Positions 9,619 to 19,537 of a stretch of DNA of 64,000 nt are shown one piece after another. The notes beneath the pieces were generated by a model. The model did not search any database, had not been told where the DNA came from, and worked only from the letters and a program-made list of their open reading frames with translations. Source of the DNA: Candidatus Omnitrophota bacterium (GTDB lineage Bacteria; Omnitrophota; Gorgyraeia; 2-01-FULL-45-10). The stretch lies in the NCBI GenBank assembly GCA_026387175.1, contig JAPLME010000011.1, positions 129,856 to 193,855 on the forward strand, in the 5' to 3' direction. Positions within the stretch are counted from its first letter, which is position 1, and each line of letters starts with the position of its first letter. The position numbers and the translations under genes are program-made.

Positions 9619-11424
9619 ATGTTCAACAACCCGCTTTTAATACTGGTAACGGCGCCGATCGCGGCAGGTTTTCTCGCCCTCGCTGCGACTGACAGGTTTA
9701 AGACTGCCGCGAAACTTTTGGCGGGTATCGTCACGGCCGCCTGCCTTGCCGGCAGTATACACATTTTCATTAAAAAACCGGTCAGCTGGTATTGTCTCGA
9801 CGCGGTCATCTTACGCGCCGATAATCTCTCCGCTTTCATCGCTATGGCGGTCAGCTTATTTGCCTTTCTTATAACGGTATATTCGTTCGGTTTTACGGAG
9901 AGATTGTTCGGCAGATATTTCGGTTATCTCTTGATGACATTGGGCGCGTCATTGGGTGTCTTATTCGCCAATAACTTTATTGTCATGATCGTCTTCTGGG
10001 GATTTCTGGCGTTGATGCTCTACTTGCTGGTCAACCTGGAGGGGACGCAAGAAGCGGCCCTCTCAAGCCGCAAGGCGCTCGTCATCATCGGCGGGACAGA
10101 CGCTGTAATGATATTAGGTATAGCGCTGATATGGTCTGTCACGGGGACTCTCTCGATGGATAAGGTGCGTCTTCCTATGACAAACGCGCTTACCTACATC
10201 GCGTATTTTTCGATAGTGATGGCGAGTTTCGCGAAGGCGGGAGCGATGCCGTTCCACTCATGGCTTCCCGATGTGGCAGAGGATGCAGCAGCTTCCGTAT
10301 CCGCGTACCTGCCGGCTTCGCTCGATAAGCTACTGGGTATATACCTTCTCGCGCGTGCGTCACTTGATCTCTTTATCACGACGAAAGCGTCTAACCTTGT
10401 GCTCGTGATGGTAGGGGCATTCACGATAATAATGGCTGTAATGATGGCGCTAGTTCAGCATAATTATAAGAGGCTGCTCGGATATCATGCTGTTTCTCAG
10501 GTAGGATACATGATCCTCGGCATAGGCACCGGCACGGCGGTAGGTATTGCGGGCGGACTTTTTCACATGCTCAATAACGCGATCTATAAATCCTGCCTTT
10601 TCCTTACAGCCGGCGCAGTAGAAAAGAGAACGAAGACTATGGACCTTGATAAGCTGGGCGGACTTGCGAAATTCATGCCGCTGACGTTTATAGCTTGTCT
10701 TGTAGCGTCGCTTTCCATATCGGGCATACCGCCGTTCAACGGCTTCGTCTCCAAGTGGATGATATATCAGGGTATTATCGAATCTGCCGGATCCGGCGGT
10801 AAACTCTGGGTGGTGTGGCTAAGCGCGGCAATGTTCGGAAGCGCGCTCACGATAGCAAGTTTCATGAAGCTTCTGCATGCGGCCTTCCTGGGGCGCTGCT
10901 CGGACGGTGTTAAGGATGTCCGTGAAGTCTCGCCGTCGATGTATATTCCGATGCTTATGCTGGCCGCGATATGCGTCCTCTTCGGCGTATTCGCTTTCCA
11001 GCTGCCGATCCCGTTATTCATAGTGCCTTCCATAGCAGGGAGCTTAGCATATATAGGGACGTGGGGCTCGATACTCGCCACGGTGCTTATCTTAGCGGGA
11101 TTGGTATTGGGTCTCTTTATATATTGGCTGTTGAAGTCCGGAAGCTTCCGGGTTGTCGATAACTTCGTGGGCGGGACGCCTTCGGAAAAATTGCCCCGCA
11201 TCTCCGGAACGGAGTTTTATAATACGATAAAAGATATAGCGCCCATAGGCAGGATATATAAGGAAGAAGAGTCCGGGAATCTGGATCTTTATAACGTCGG
11301 CCTTAAAGCGGTTAACTTTTTCACAGCGCCGCTCCGGCGCCTGCATAACGGAGTGCTGCCGACTTATCTGGTCTGGTGTTTCCTGGGCATGATAGCGATG
11401 TTTCTGTTTCTAGTAGTAAGATAG
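9619..11424 (+). CDS. NuoL/MrpA-like antiporter subunit
   Basis: KAGAMPFHSWLPD, KRLLGYHAVSQVGY, GIPPFNGFVSKW. Confidence 0.9.
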   Translation: MFNNPLLILVTAPIAAGFLALAATDRFKTAAKLLAGIVTAACLAGSIHIFIKKPVSWYCLDAVILRADNLSAFIAMAVSLFAFLITVYSFGFTERLFGRYFGYLLMTLGASLGVLFANNFIVMIVFWGFLALMLYLLVNLEGTQEAALSSRKALVIIGGTDAVMILGIALIWSVTGTLSMDKVRLPMTNALTYIAYFSIVMASFAKAGAMPFHSWLPDVAEDAAASVSAYLPASLDKLLGIYLLARASLDLFITTKASNLVLVMVGAFTIIMAVMMALVQHNYKRLLGYHAVSQVGYMILGIGTGTAVGIAGGLFHMLNNAIYKSCLFLTAGAVEKRTKTMDLDKLGGLAKFMPLTFIACLVASLSISGIPPFNGFVSKWMIYQGIIESAGSGGKLWVVWLSAAMFGSALTIASFMKLLHAAFLGRCSDGVKDVREVSPSMYIPMLMLAAICVLFGVFAFQLPIPLFIVPSIAGSLAYIGTWGSILATVLILAGLVLGLFIYWLLKSGSFRVVDNFVGGTPSEKLPRISGTEFYNTIKDIAPIGRIYKEEESGNLDLYNVGLKAVNFFTAPLRRLHNGVLPTYLVWCFLGMIAMFLFLVVR

Positions 11425-11434
11425 AGGATATCAA

Positions 11435-11971
11435 GTGGAGATAAATCTTTTACTGTTATTCATGATAGCAGCGGCTGTGATCGCGGTCGCGGTTAAGGAC
11501 CTTCTCTCGAGCGTTATAGCGGTGGGGGCGGTCGGCATAGGACTATCGATGGCATTCCTTGTAATGAAGGCGCCCGACCTGGCCATCATGCAGCTCGTCG
11601 TCGAGATCCTCAGCCTGATAATACTTATCCGCGCTACCATAAGAAAGGACCTTCCTTTCAGCACGTCAGGCAGATGGGCCTTTAATACGGTCTCCACGGT
11701 TATTTTTCTGGCGGTCTTCCTGGCCTTCGCGTATTTTTCATTTGCCGGCATACATAAGTTCGGCAGCCCGCTTATGAGGGTATCACAGGAATATTTGAGC
11801 CAGGCTCAGGCGAGGACGGGGATCCAAAATGTTATAGCGGCGATAACGCTTAATTACCGCGCGATCGATACGCTCGGCGAGGCTGCGGCGCTCTTTACGG
11901 CAGTTGTCGGCGTTCTGACCGTTGCGCGTAAAATCTGGCGAAGGGAAGACGCTAAATATGAATCCCGTTAA
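11435..11971 (+). CDS. DUF4040/MnhB-related (MbhD-MbhE-like) subunit
   Basis: APDLAIMQLVVE and NYRAIDTLGE motifs. Confidence 0.85.
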   Translation: MEINLLLLFMIAAAVIAVAVKDLLSSVIAVGAVGIGLSMAFLVMKAPDLAIMQLVVEILSLIILIRATIRKDLPFSTSGRWAFNTVSTVIFLAVFLAFAYFSFAGIHKFGSPLMRVSQEYLSQAQARTGIQNVIAAITLNYRAIDTLGEAAALFTAVVGVLTVARKIWRREDAKYESR

Positions 11972-12368
11972 ATCACCTGAGAAGGGGATGACGCTGATAG
12001 TAAAGGCGGTGACGAAGCTTACGCTCGGTTTCATCCTCCTATACGGCATATATATAACGTTGAACGGCCATATAGCTCCCGGCGGCGGGTTTGTCGGAGG
12101 AGTTATAATGGCGCTCGCGCTCGTCCATATAATGCTCGCTTTCGGCAAGGAGATATCTCTGAAATGGCTGCATGCTTATACCTTGCGGATAACCATGGCT
12201 GCCGCGGTACTCTTATTTTTATGCGGGGTCATGCTGGGATATCCGAAATGGATATTTAAGAATGAATTTGTTCTGCCTCTTTGCGAGATGGTCATTGTGG
12301 GCGCGGGGCTTTTTGCCATATTCGTAGCGTTGGTGCTGGCTTCAAAAACGGATAAACAAGCGGAGTAG
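11958..12368 (+). CDS. mrpB: MrpB/MnhB antiporter subunit
   Basis: GHIAPGGGFVGG; start moved to ATG 11958. Confidence 0.85.
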   Translation: MNPVKSPEKGMTLIVKAVTKLTLGFILLYGIYITLNGHIAPGGGFVGGVIMALALVHIMLAFGKEISLKWLHAYTLRITMAAAVLLFLCGVMLGYPKWIFKNEFVLPLCEMVIVGAGLFAIFVALVLASKTDKQAE

Positions 12369-12379
12369 GGAATTAAGAT

Positions 12380-12718
12380 ATGATCACATATTTCTTATGT
12401 CTGGTCCTCTTTGCGATAGGGCTATTCTGCGTTGTCAGGAAGAGGAATATTATAAAGATAATCATAGGTATAGGTATCATGGAATATGCCATCAATCTCT
12501 TCTTCGTCCTGGTGGGCTATCGCACTCATGGCCGCTCGCCGATATTCGCGCGCGACCAGATGGTTACCAATATGGTCGATCCCCTGCCGCAGTCGGTGGC
12601 GCTTACAGCGATCGTGATCAGCCTTTCCGTTACGCTGATGCTGGTGGCTGTCGCGATAAGGATCTATGAGAGATACGGCACATTTGACATAACGAAGATA
12701 AACAGGCTAAAAGGATAG
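12380..12718 (+). CDS. mrpC: MrpC/MnhC antiporter subunit
   Basis: NIIKIIIG, DPLPQSVALTAIVI. Confidence 0.92.
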   Translation: MITYFLCLVLFAIGLFCVVRKRNIIKIIIGIGIMEYAINLFFVLVGYRTHGRSPIFARDQMVTNMVDPLPQSVALTAIVISLSVTLMLVAVAIRIYERYGTFDITKINRLKG

Positions 12719-12720
12719 CG

Positions 12721-14214
12721 ATGGCACCATTTTTTCTAATAATACCTCTTGCTGCAGCGTTCATAATGACGCTTATATCAAGGACGGACGAGCGCATCAG
12801 GGACGTTTTTGCTATCCTTGTGGCTATTTCACTTCCGGTGCTGTCCATATTAACATTGATGAAGGTGGCAATACCTGCGGGCTCCGTTCTTGTCCATAGG
12901 ATGTCGGGTTTCATGCCGCCGGCAGGGATAGCTTTTGTCGTCGACGGCCTCTCGGCCTTCATGCTCGTCACCGTGAACTCGGTCGCGCTCTTTGTGATCG
13001 TCTATTCGTCCGGCTACATGAAGAAGTATACCGACAAATGGAAATTCTATGCGTTATTCTTCATGATGATCTCCGGAATAAACGGTGTCCTGATAGCTTC
13101 AGATATATTCAACCTGTATGTATTTATGGAGATCGCGGCTATAGCGGCGTACTTCCTTGTGGCGTTCGGCACAGGGGCGGAGGAACTCGAGGCCTCATTC
13201 AAGTATGCGATAATGGGCACCGTCGCCTCCGCGTTCATATTGCTGGGCATAGCCTTCCTCTATGGCTACACTTCGACGCTTAATATGATGGATATGGCTT
13301 CTGTGATATCGACGCTGCCCCAGGTGCGGACCATACAATTTATCAGTGTGCTCTTTCTTATGGGCTTCGGCCTTAAAGCGGCGCTGGTGCCATTCCACGC
13401 ATGGCTTGCGTATGCGCACTCATCTGCTCCGGCACCGGTATCCGCGATGCTGTCGGGCGTCCTGATAAAAGCCCTCGGTATATATGCCATAGCGAGGATA
13501 TTCTTCAGCGTCTTCGGTATGAGCGCCGAGATCTGCCAGATACTCATTGCGCTTGGCGTGCTCTCTATGATCGTCGGGGCCATACTCGCGTTCGGCCAGT
13601 CGGATATTAAAAAAATCTTCGCGTATTCTACAGTGAGCCAGATAGGATATATCTCTCTGGCGTTGGGAGTGGCTACGCCGCTCGCGTTCGTCGGGGCGAT
13701 CTTCCACCTATTTAACCATAGTGCGGTCAAATCTCTTCTGTTCCTGAATTCAGGCTCGATAGAACACATGACAGGGACCAGGGAGCTTAGCAGGATATCG
13801 GGTGTGGTTAAAAACGCGCCGGTTACCGGCTATACGACGCTTTTGGGAGCTCTATCGATCTCAGGCGTGCCGCCATTCGGCGGGTTCTGGTCGAAGCTCA
13901 TAATAATATTCGCCTGTATCCAGGCGGGCCATCCGTTTCTTGCCCTCATCGCCGTTCTGGTAAGCGTTATGACACTGGCTTATTATTTTGTCTCGATGAC
14001 GGGCGTCCTTTTCGGAGTCAAAGCGGATGCCGCAGGTTTCGTGAATAAGATCCATCCGGCGATGAAGGCCGGTGTCATTGCCATGGCCCTTATAGTGCTC
14101 TTTGCGCCGCTTGCGCTTCTTCCGGATGTTAAAAAGATATTGATTGACGGCGCGGTCTCGGTCCTCGTAAACGGAAGGGCTTACGCGGATATGATGCTTG
14201 GAGCGATTAAATGA
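12721..14214 (+). CDS. mrpD: MrpD/MnhD antiporter subunit
   Basis: DIFNLYVFME, EASFKY, KAALVPFHAWL, SAPAPVSAMLSG. Confidence 0.92.
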   Translation: MAPFFLIIPLAAAFIMTLISRTDERIRDVFAILVAISLPVLSILTLMKVAIPAGSVLVHRMSGFMPPAGIAFVVDGLSAFMLVTVNSVALFVIVYSSGYMKKYTDKWKFYALFFMMISGINGVLIASDIFNLYVFMEIAAIAAYFLVAFGTGAEELEASFKYAIMGTVASAFILLGIAFLYGYTSTLNMMDMASVISTLPQVRTIQFISVLFLMGFGLKAALVPFHAWLAYAHSSAPAPVSAMLSGVLIKALGIYAIARIFFSVFGMSAEICQILIALGVLSMIVGAILAFGQSDIKKIFAYSTVSQIGYISLALGVATPLAFVGAIFHLFNHSAVKSLLFLNSGSIEHMTGTRELSRISGVVKNAPVTGYTTLLGALSISGVPPFGGFWSKLIIIFACIQAGHPFLALIAVLVSVMTLAYYFVSMTGVLFGVKADAAGFVNKIHPAMKAGVIAMALIVLFAPLALLPDVKKILIDGAVSVLVNGRAYADMMLGAIK

Positions 14215-14717
14215 TATTTAACGGTATTCTATTTATTCTCTGGTTCGCTGTATGGATGCTGCTATCGTGGCCGCCCGACGCGAAAAATATTATATCAGGC
14301 GTCCTGGTTTCATTATTTGTTACATTCATGACGAGCGATATCATGCATGTAGGGAGCGCCAAAGAGAGAAGAGCTATAACTTTTTTAGGGCGTCTGGCAT
14401 GTCTGGGGTGGTTCATCTATTACATCTTTGTCTTCCTATGGGAATGCTTTAAGGCTAATATCGATGTCGCTTACAGGGTTATACATCCGGATCTTCCCAT
14501 ATCCCCCGGCACGATAAAAGTCAAAGTCGCCCTCAAGAGCGATATAGGCCTGACATTCCTGGCAAACTCCATAACGCTCACTCCCGGTACGACAAGCGTC
14601 GATGTGGATAAGGAACAGGGTTACCTCTATGTACATATGTTATGTGTGAAGGAAGACCGCGGCAGGCTTAAGATAGTAGATAAATTTGAAAATATACTAA
14701 AGAGGATATTCGAATAA
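14211..14717 (+). CDS. mrpE: MrpE/MnhE antiporter subunit
   Basis: KANIDVA, LANSITLTPGT. Confidence 0.93.
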   Translation: MIFNGILFILWFAVWMLLSWPPDAKNIISGVLVSLFVTFMTSDIMHVGSAKERRAITFLGRLACLGWFIYYIFVFLWECFKANIDVAYRVIHPDLPISPGTIKVKVALKSDIGLTFLANSITLTPGTTSVDVDKEQGYLYVHMLCVKEDRGRLKIVDKFENILKRIFE

Positions 14718-14721
14718 ATTT

Positions 14722-15081
14722 ATGAAGAGGCTTCACTACTTTGCGGGGCTGATAGCCATTATCATAGTTACGGCCGTCATACTCTTCTGTCCGATCGGAT
14801 CGAGCCTCAGGTGGCAGTCGGGATTCCTGGGCCGCGCGTTTTTATGGCTACTGGTTTCCGCAAGCCTGTGCTTATACAGGGTTATGCGGGGCCCGACGGC
14901 TCCGGACAGGGTCGTGGCGATAGATATACTGGGCATTCTGATCGTGGGATTTTGCGCGCTATTAAGCATCGCTACCGGGAGGGATTGGTATCTGGATATA
15001 GGCATAGCGTGGGCGCTTCAGAGTTTTATCGGTATAATGGCCCTATCCAAATACCTGGAAGGAAAAGATTTCGATGAATAA
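14722..15081 (+). CDS. mrpF: MrpF/MnhF antiporter subunit
   Basis: RGPTAPDRVVAID. Confidence 0.9.
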   Translation: MKRLHYFAGLIAIIIVTAVILFCPIGSSLRWQSGFLGRAFLWLLVSASLCLYRVMRGPTAPDRVVAIDILGILIVGFCALLSIATGRDWYLDIGIAWALQSFIGIMALSKYLEGKDFDE

Positions 15082-15409
15082 TACAGCAGGCATTATATTG
15101 ATCGTTGTCGGGCTTATATTCGATTTTTTCGGATGCCTGGGGCTGATACGCTTTCCTGATGTCTATAATCGCCTTCAGGCCGCGACCAAGTGTATTACTC
15201 TCGGTACGTGCGGTATACTCTTAGGGCTGGTATGCTTTAAAGGGCTTTCCGCCACCGGCATAAAAGCGCTGCTCTGTCTCATATTCATAATACTTACCGC
15301 TCCGGTCTCTGCCCATGCGCTTGCGAGAGCGGCATACCGCTCCGGCGTGAAACCCTGGGCGGGTACGGTCGTTGACGAGTACGGTAAGGATATGGATAAA
15401 ATCGGGTGA
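15074..15409 (+). CDS. mrpG: MrpG/MnhG antiporter subunit
   Basis: GLIRFPDVYNRLQAATK, TAPVSAHALARAAY. Confidence 0.93.
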   Translation: MNNTAGIILIVVGLIFDFFGCLGLIRFPDVYNRLQAATKCITLGTCGILLGLVCFKGLSATGIKALLCLIFIILTAPVSAHALARAAYRSGVKPWAGTVVDEYGKDMDKIG

Positions 15410-15416
15410 GGTGACT

Positions 15417-16019
15417 ATGAATAAAGAAGAGATACGCGAACAGGTCATAGTTATGGCGGATAAGGCTTATCAGATGCTGGAGTTTGTGGAGAAGGGATTT
15501 ATGGAGCATAAGACCGAATTTCTGACCGGCGCGATGGAGCGGGAGAGGGAGCTCAATGAGATGGAGAAGTCCCTCACCCAGAATGTGCTCGATCTTTCGA
15601 AGTCAGCCAAATCCGATAAAGAGAAGAAAGAGCTCGTTATTTTGGAGCAGGTTACCGAGACGCTTGAGAGGATGGGCGATGAGGCCGCGAACCTGGTGGA
15701 GAGGATCGAGATAAAGAACGCCGAGCACCTCCTTTTTAGCGACCTGGGCGTGGCGCAGTTCAATGAGACATATGGCGTTATGAAAAAGTCCGCCGATATG
15801 ATGCGCACCTTTTTGAAAGGCAGGAGCGAGGAATTAAAGGACCGCGTGGTGGATAATGGATTCCAGGTCAAGGCGCTTGTCCAGCGCTACAGGGAAGAAC
15901 ATATGGAACGTCTTGTAAGGGGTATATGCACGCCGATAGCGGCCAACATGTATTTCGACATGCTGGATTTCACCGGTAACCTGGCGCGGCACGCTTCGGC
16001 AATCGTTAAATTATTCTAA
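15417..16019 (+). CDS. PhoU-like helical-bundle protein (resembles the Na/Pi cotransporter C-terminal domain)
   Basis: ERELNEME, LERMGDEA.NL, LLFSD, EEHMERL..G.C; GAGGTG RBS before ATG 15417. Confidence 0.75.
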   Translation: MNKEEIREQVIVMADKAYQMLEFVEKGFMEHKTEFLTGAMERERELNEMEKSLTQNVLDLSKSAKSDKEKKELVILEQVTETLERMGDEAANLVERIEIKNAEHLLFSDLGVAQFNETYGVMKKSADMMRTFLKGRSEELKDRVVDNGFQVKALVQRYREEHMERLVRGICTPIAANMYFDMLDFTGNLARHASAIVKLF

Positions 16020-16030
16020 GGCGGTAATAT

Positions 16031-16648
16031 ATGAAGTATCCTAAGCTGAGGGAATTGAAAGAGGCGATCATCGCGCTTGTGAAAGGGCCCTACACCTCCG
16101 ATTATCCTTCGGAGCCGCATCACCCCGCGAAGAGATTTCGCGGAAAGCCGGAATATTCGAATGAAGGCTGCATAGCCTGCACCGCCTGCGCCGCCGTATG
16201 TCCGGTGAGGGCAATCGAATTCCGGGATGTCGTTACTAAAAATAAGGCTACAAGGAAGATGATGCTGCATCTGGACGAGTGCCATTACTGCGGCCAGTGC
16301 AGCGCTCTTTGCACCACGCGTGAGGATGTCCCACCCGGTATAAAGCATACCACCGAGTTCGATCTTGCGGGTTTCGACCGCGCCTCGATGATCTCGGCTA
16401 CCGATGAAAAAGAGCTGGCGTTATGTGAAATATGCGGCGATGTCATTACCGCTAAGGCCCACCTGGCCTGGATCGCCAAAAAACTCGGCCCGCTCGCGTT
16501 CTCGAACCCCACTCTATTCATATCGTCCCTTAAAGGGATGGGATTTGCCGAAGATGTCGCTCAAGGTGCTAAAGAATATGTCTTAAGATCCGACAGGATC
16601 AAGATCCTCTGCTCAAAATGCAGAAGGGTAACGACCATTGAACGATAG
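16031..16648 (+). CDS. NuoI-like 4Fe-4S hydrogenase subunit
   Basis: GPYT..YP, RFRGKP, CIACTACAAVCP, CHYCGQC, C-terminal CxxC pairs. Confidence 0.9.
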   Translation: MKYPKLRELKEAIIALVKGPYTSDYPSEPHHPAKRFRGKPEYSNEGCIACTACAAVCPVRAIEFRDVVTKNKATRKMMLHLDECHYCGQCSALCTTREDVPPGIKHTTEFDLAGFDRASMISATDEKELALCEICGDVITAKAHLAWIAKKLGPLAFSNPTLFISSLKGMGFAEDVAQGAKEYVLRSDRIKILCSKCRRVTTIER

Positions 16649-17132
16649 TAAACCCGAACTCCACGATCTAAAAGCGGAACTAAATAACCGGATAAAGGGC
16701 AGGGTCACGATAGCCGGCATAGGCAATATAATGCGCGGCGATGACGGGCTGGGCCCGAAGCTCATCGAATTATTAAAGGCCCGCAACGTCAACGCGGGCC
16801 TCTTCGATTGCGGTACGGCGCCTGAGAACTATATATTCCCGATGCTTAAGAGCCTGTGCGACACGCTTATACTCGTGGATGCCGCTGATATGTCTCTCGA
16901 GCCGGGCGCCTCCAGAGTTCTCGACGTAGATAATATCGTGAATATCAGTTTCTCCACTCACAGCCCGTCTCCCAGGCTCTTCATAGACCTTCTGAAGATG
17001 GGCAGGGAAGACCTTAATATCTTCATAATATCCGTTCAGCCCAAAAATACGTCTTTAGGGATCCCGTTGAGCGAAGAGGTGCTTAAGGGGCTCGAAGCAC
17101 TGACGGGCGTTATTTTAGAAACCTTAACCTGA
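16638..17132 (+). CDS. hycI: Hydrogenase maturation endopeptidase (HycI-type)
   Basis: GIGNIMRGDDGLG, GTAPEN, VDAAD, STH. Confidence 0.9.
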   Translation: MNDSKPELHDLKAELNNRIKGRVTIAGIGNIMRGDDGLGPKLIELLKARNVNAGLFDCGTAPENYIFPMLKSLCDTLILVDAADMSLEPGASRVLDVDNIVNISFSTHSPSPRLFIDLLKMGREDLNIFIISVQPKNTSLGIPLSEEVLKGLEALTGVILETLT

Positions 17133-17133
17133 T

Positions 17134-18522
17134 ATGCCGCATGCCATACCGAAACGCGTTATAGAAGAGATACCTGACCCGTCGGAACCGCTCGATATAT
17201 TCAGATCGATAAGGCGCCGTCCATATAGCTTTTTCCTGGACAGCACGTGCGATCCCAAAAAACTCGGCCGCTTCTCATTCATCGGATGCGATCCGTTTCT
17301 GGTATTAAAATCTAAAGGCGATTATGTAATTTTAGAGCACGATGGCCGGACAGAAGAGCTGAAGGCAAATCCATTTCTGGTCCTGAAGAAGCTATTGAAA
17401 AAATATAAGGCCGTCAATTATTCGAAAGAGCTCCCGTTTATCGGGGGCGCCGTCGGATATTTCTCTTACGACCTGAAGAGCTTTATAGAGGATCTACCCG
17501 GCACAGCGAAAGACGATCTTAAGCTGCCCGACTGCATTCTCGGTTTTTACGATTCCATAATAATATATGATAATCTGAAGAAGCGTTGTTATGCCTCAAA
17601 TCTCGGCATATCAAAAAGGCCTTCAGTAAATTTAAAAGATATGGTATGCCCCCCCGCCGGTAGCGCAACATATCGAAACTTGAGATCCAATTTTTCAAAA
17701 CAGTCGTATATCGAGGCTGTCAGGAAGGCAAAAGAATATATCAGGAAGGGAGATATATATCAGGTCAATATTTCCCAGAGGTTTCAGGCAGAGCTCTTCG
17801 GAGATCCGTTCGATCTATATGTGAGGCTCAGGGCCTGCAGTCCGGCGCCGTTCGGGGCGTACTTAAATTTTGGTGATGTAAAGTTTCTTAGCTCATCACC
17901 TGAGAGGTTTTTATTAAAGCGGGGAGATTATATTGAGGCCCGTCCTATAAAGGGAACGAGGCCGCGCGGGCGATCCGCCGCAAGCGACAAAGCGCTGGAG
18001 ATAGAATTAAAGAATAGCCCTAAGGATATGGCCGAGCACATAATGATAGTGGACCTGGAGCGTAACGACCTGGGAAGAGTATGTAAATACGGTTCGGTTC
18101 ATCCTGCGGAATCCATGATAATCGAAAAGTATGCCAATGTCTTCCATATGGTATCTACGGTGGCGGGCACTCTCAAACAAAACATGGATGCCGTCGATTG
18201 TTTGGCTGCTACATTTCCGGGAGGCTCTATAACAGGCGCGCCGAAGATACGCTCGATGGAGATAATAGATGAGCTGGAAAGTGTGAGAAGGTTTGCCTAC
18301 ACCGGCGCTATCGGATATATAGGTTTCGACGGGAATATGGATACGTCGATAGTGATAAGGACCTTCATAGTAAAGGGTAAAGACGTCTATTTTCAGGTGG
18401 GCGGTGGCATCGTGGCCGATTCTGAGCCCGAGGAAGAATATGAAGAGACGCTTCATAAGGCTGCGGGGCTCATGCAGGCGCTTAATGCGGGATCGAAAAA
18501 TAGGGAGCCAGTCTTCGTATGA
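17134..18522 (+). CDS. pabB: Aminodeoxychorismate synthase component I
   Basis: GDIYQVN, SSSPERF, RPIKGTRPR, EHIMIVDLERNDLG, FPGGSITGAPK. Confidence 0.9.
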   Translation: MPHAIPKRVIEEIPDPSEPLDIFRSIRRRPYSFFLDSTCDPKKLGRFSFIGCDPFLVLKSKGDYVILEHDGRTEELKANPFLVLKKLLKKYKAVNYSKELPFIGGAVGYFSYDLKSFIEDLPGTAKDDLKLPDCILGFYDSIIIYDNLKKRCYASNLGISKRPSVNLKDMVCPPAGSATYRNLRSNFSKQSYIEAVRKAKEYIRKGDIYQVNISQRFQAELFGDPFDLYVRLRACSPAPFGAYLNFGDVKFLSSSPERFLLKRGDYIEARPIKGTRPRGRSAASDKALEIELKNSPKDMAEHIMIVDLERNDLGRVCKYGSVHPAESMIIEKYANVFHMVSTVAGTLKQNMDAVDCLAATFPGGSITGAPKIRSMEIIDELESVRRFAYTGAIGYIGFDGNMDTSIVIRTFIVKGKDVYFQVGGGIVADSEPEEEYEETLHKAAGLMQALNAGSKNREPVFV

Positions 18523-19367
18523 AAAAAGTCTGGATAAATAAAAAACTATTCGACATGGATAAAGCGCGAGTTTCGATATTCGACAGAGGCTTTATGTACG
18601 GCGACGGCGTATTCGAGTCGATGCGCAGTTACGCCGGCGTAGTCTCCAAGATAGATGAGCATCTCGGCAGGCTCGCGCGAAGCCTGAAGACAACAGGGAT
18701 AAAGTCTCCTTATTCGAATAGTTATCTGAAGAAAGAGATATACAGACTGCTCGGCGTCAATAATCTTAAGAACGCCTATATCCGCCTTACAATAACCAGG
18801 GGAGAAGGTAGATTCGGCGTAGAGCATAAGGATGTGTTTAAGCCAAGCGTGGTCATTATAGCGAAAGAATTCGACCGCTACCCGGATTGGATGTTCGAGA
18901 AAGGTATAAGCGCACACATTGTAAGCACGAGACAGAACGACCTTTCGCCGTTAGCCGGCGTAAAGAGCCTTAATTATCTGAACTATATCATGGCGCGATT
19001 CGAGGCAAAGAAGAGCGGATGCGAAGAAGCGATCATCCTTAATACGAAAGGCCGCATAGTAGAGGCCGTGACGAGCAATATCTTTATCGTTAAAAGGAAT
19101 GCCATCGTGACCCCGCTTATCACGGATGGAGCGCTGCCCGGCGTCACAAGGGCCGTTATAATAAAAATTGCAAAGAAACTGGGCTTTAGAGTTATAGAGA
19201 AGAGCCTCTCACCTAAAGAGTTAATGAATTCGGACGAAATATTCCTCACTAATTCACTTGCCGAGGTCCTGCCTGTCACGAAGATCGACCGTAAACCGAT
19301 CGGTGCGGGTATCCCCGGGCATGTGACAAATCTCCTGCGCATCTCCTATCAAAACCAGATAAAATAA
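18519..19367 (+). CDS. Class IV aminotransferase / ADC lyase (PabC/IlvE family)
   Basis: DRGFMYGDGVFE, KSLNY, LPGVTR, DEIFLTNS; overlaps the pabB stop. Confidence 0.88.
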   Translation: MKKVWINKKLFDMDKARVSIFDRGFMYGDGVFESMRSYAGVVSKIDEHLGRLARSLKTTGIKSPYSNSYLKKEIYRLLGVNNLKNAYIRLTITRGEGRFGVEHKDVFKPSVVIIAKEFDRYPDWMFEKGISAHIVSTRQNDLSPLAGVKSLNYLNYIMARFEAKKSGCEEAIILNTKGRIVEAVTSNIFIVKRNAIVTPLITDGALPGVTRAVIIKIAKKLGFRVIEKSLSPKELMNSDEIFLTNSLAEVLPVTKIDRKPIGAGIPGHVTNLLRISYQNQIK

Positions 19368-19537
19368 TAAAATAAGGACCGGGTCCTCTACCAATCGGAG
19401 AAGGACCCTTAAAAATTAGGGTATAAAAAAGTAAGATAATTTGTTTTGACATAATCATCTTATAATATACAATAATATTAATACATTTCTATTAAACTAA
19501 CTTAATCCAATATCAGGAGCATAAATACTGTAAAATT

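Noticed and set aside
6586-16648. Respiratory complex I (nuo) or Mbx/Mbs
   Set aside because: The large subunit retains both Ni-binding CxxC motifs, and HycI and HypE are present, so it is a true hydrogenase.
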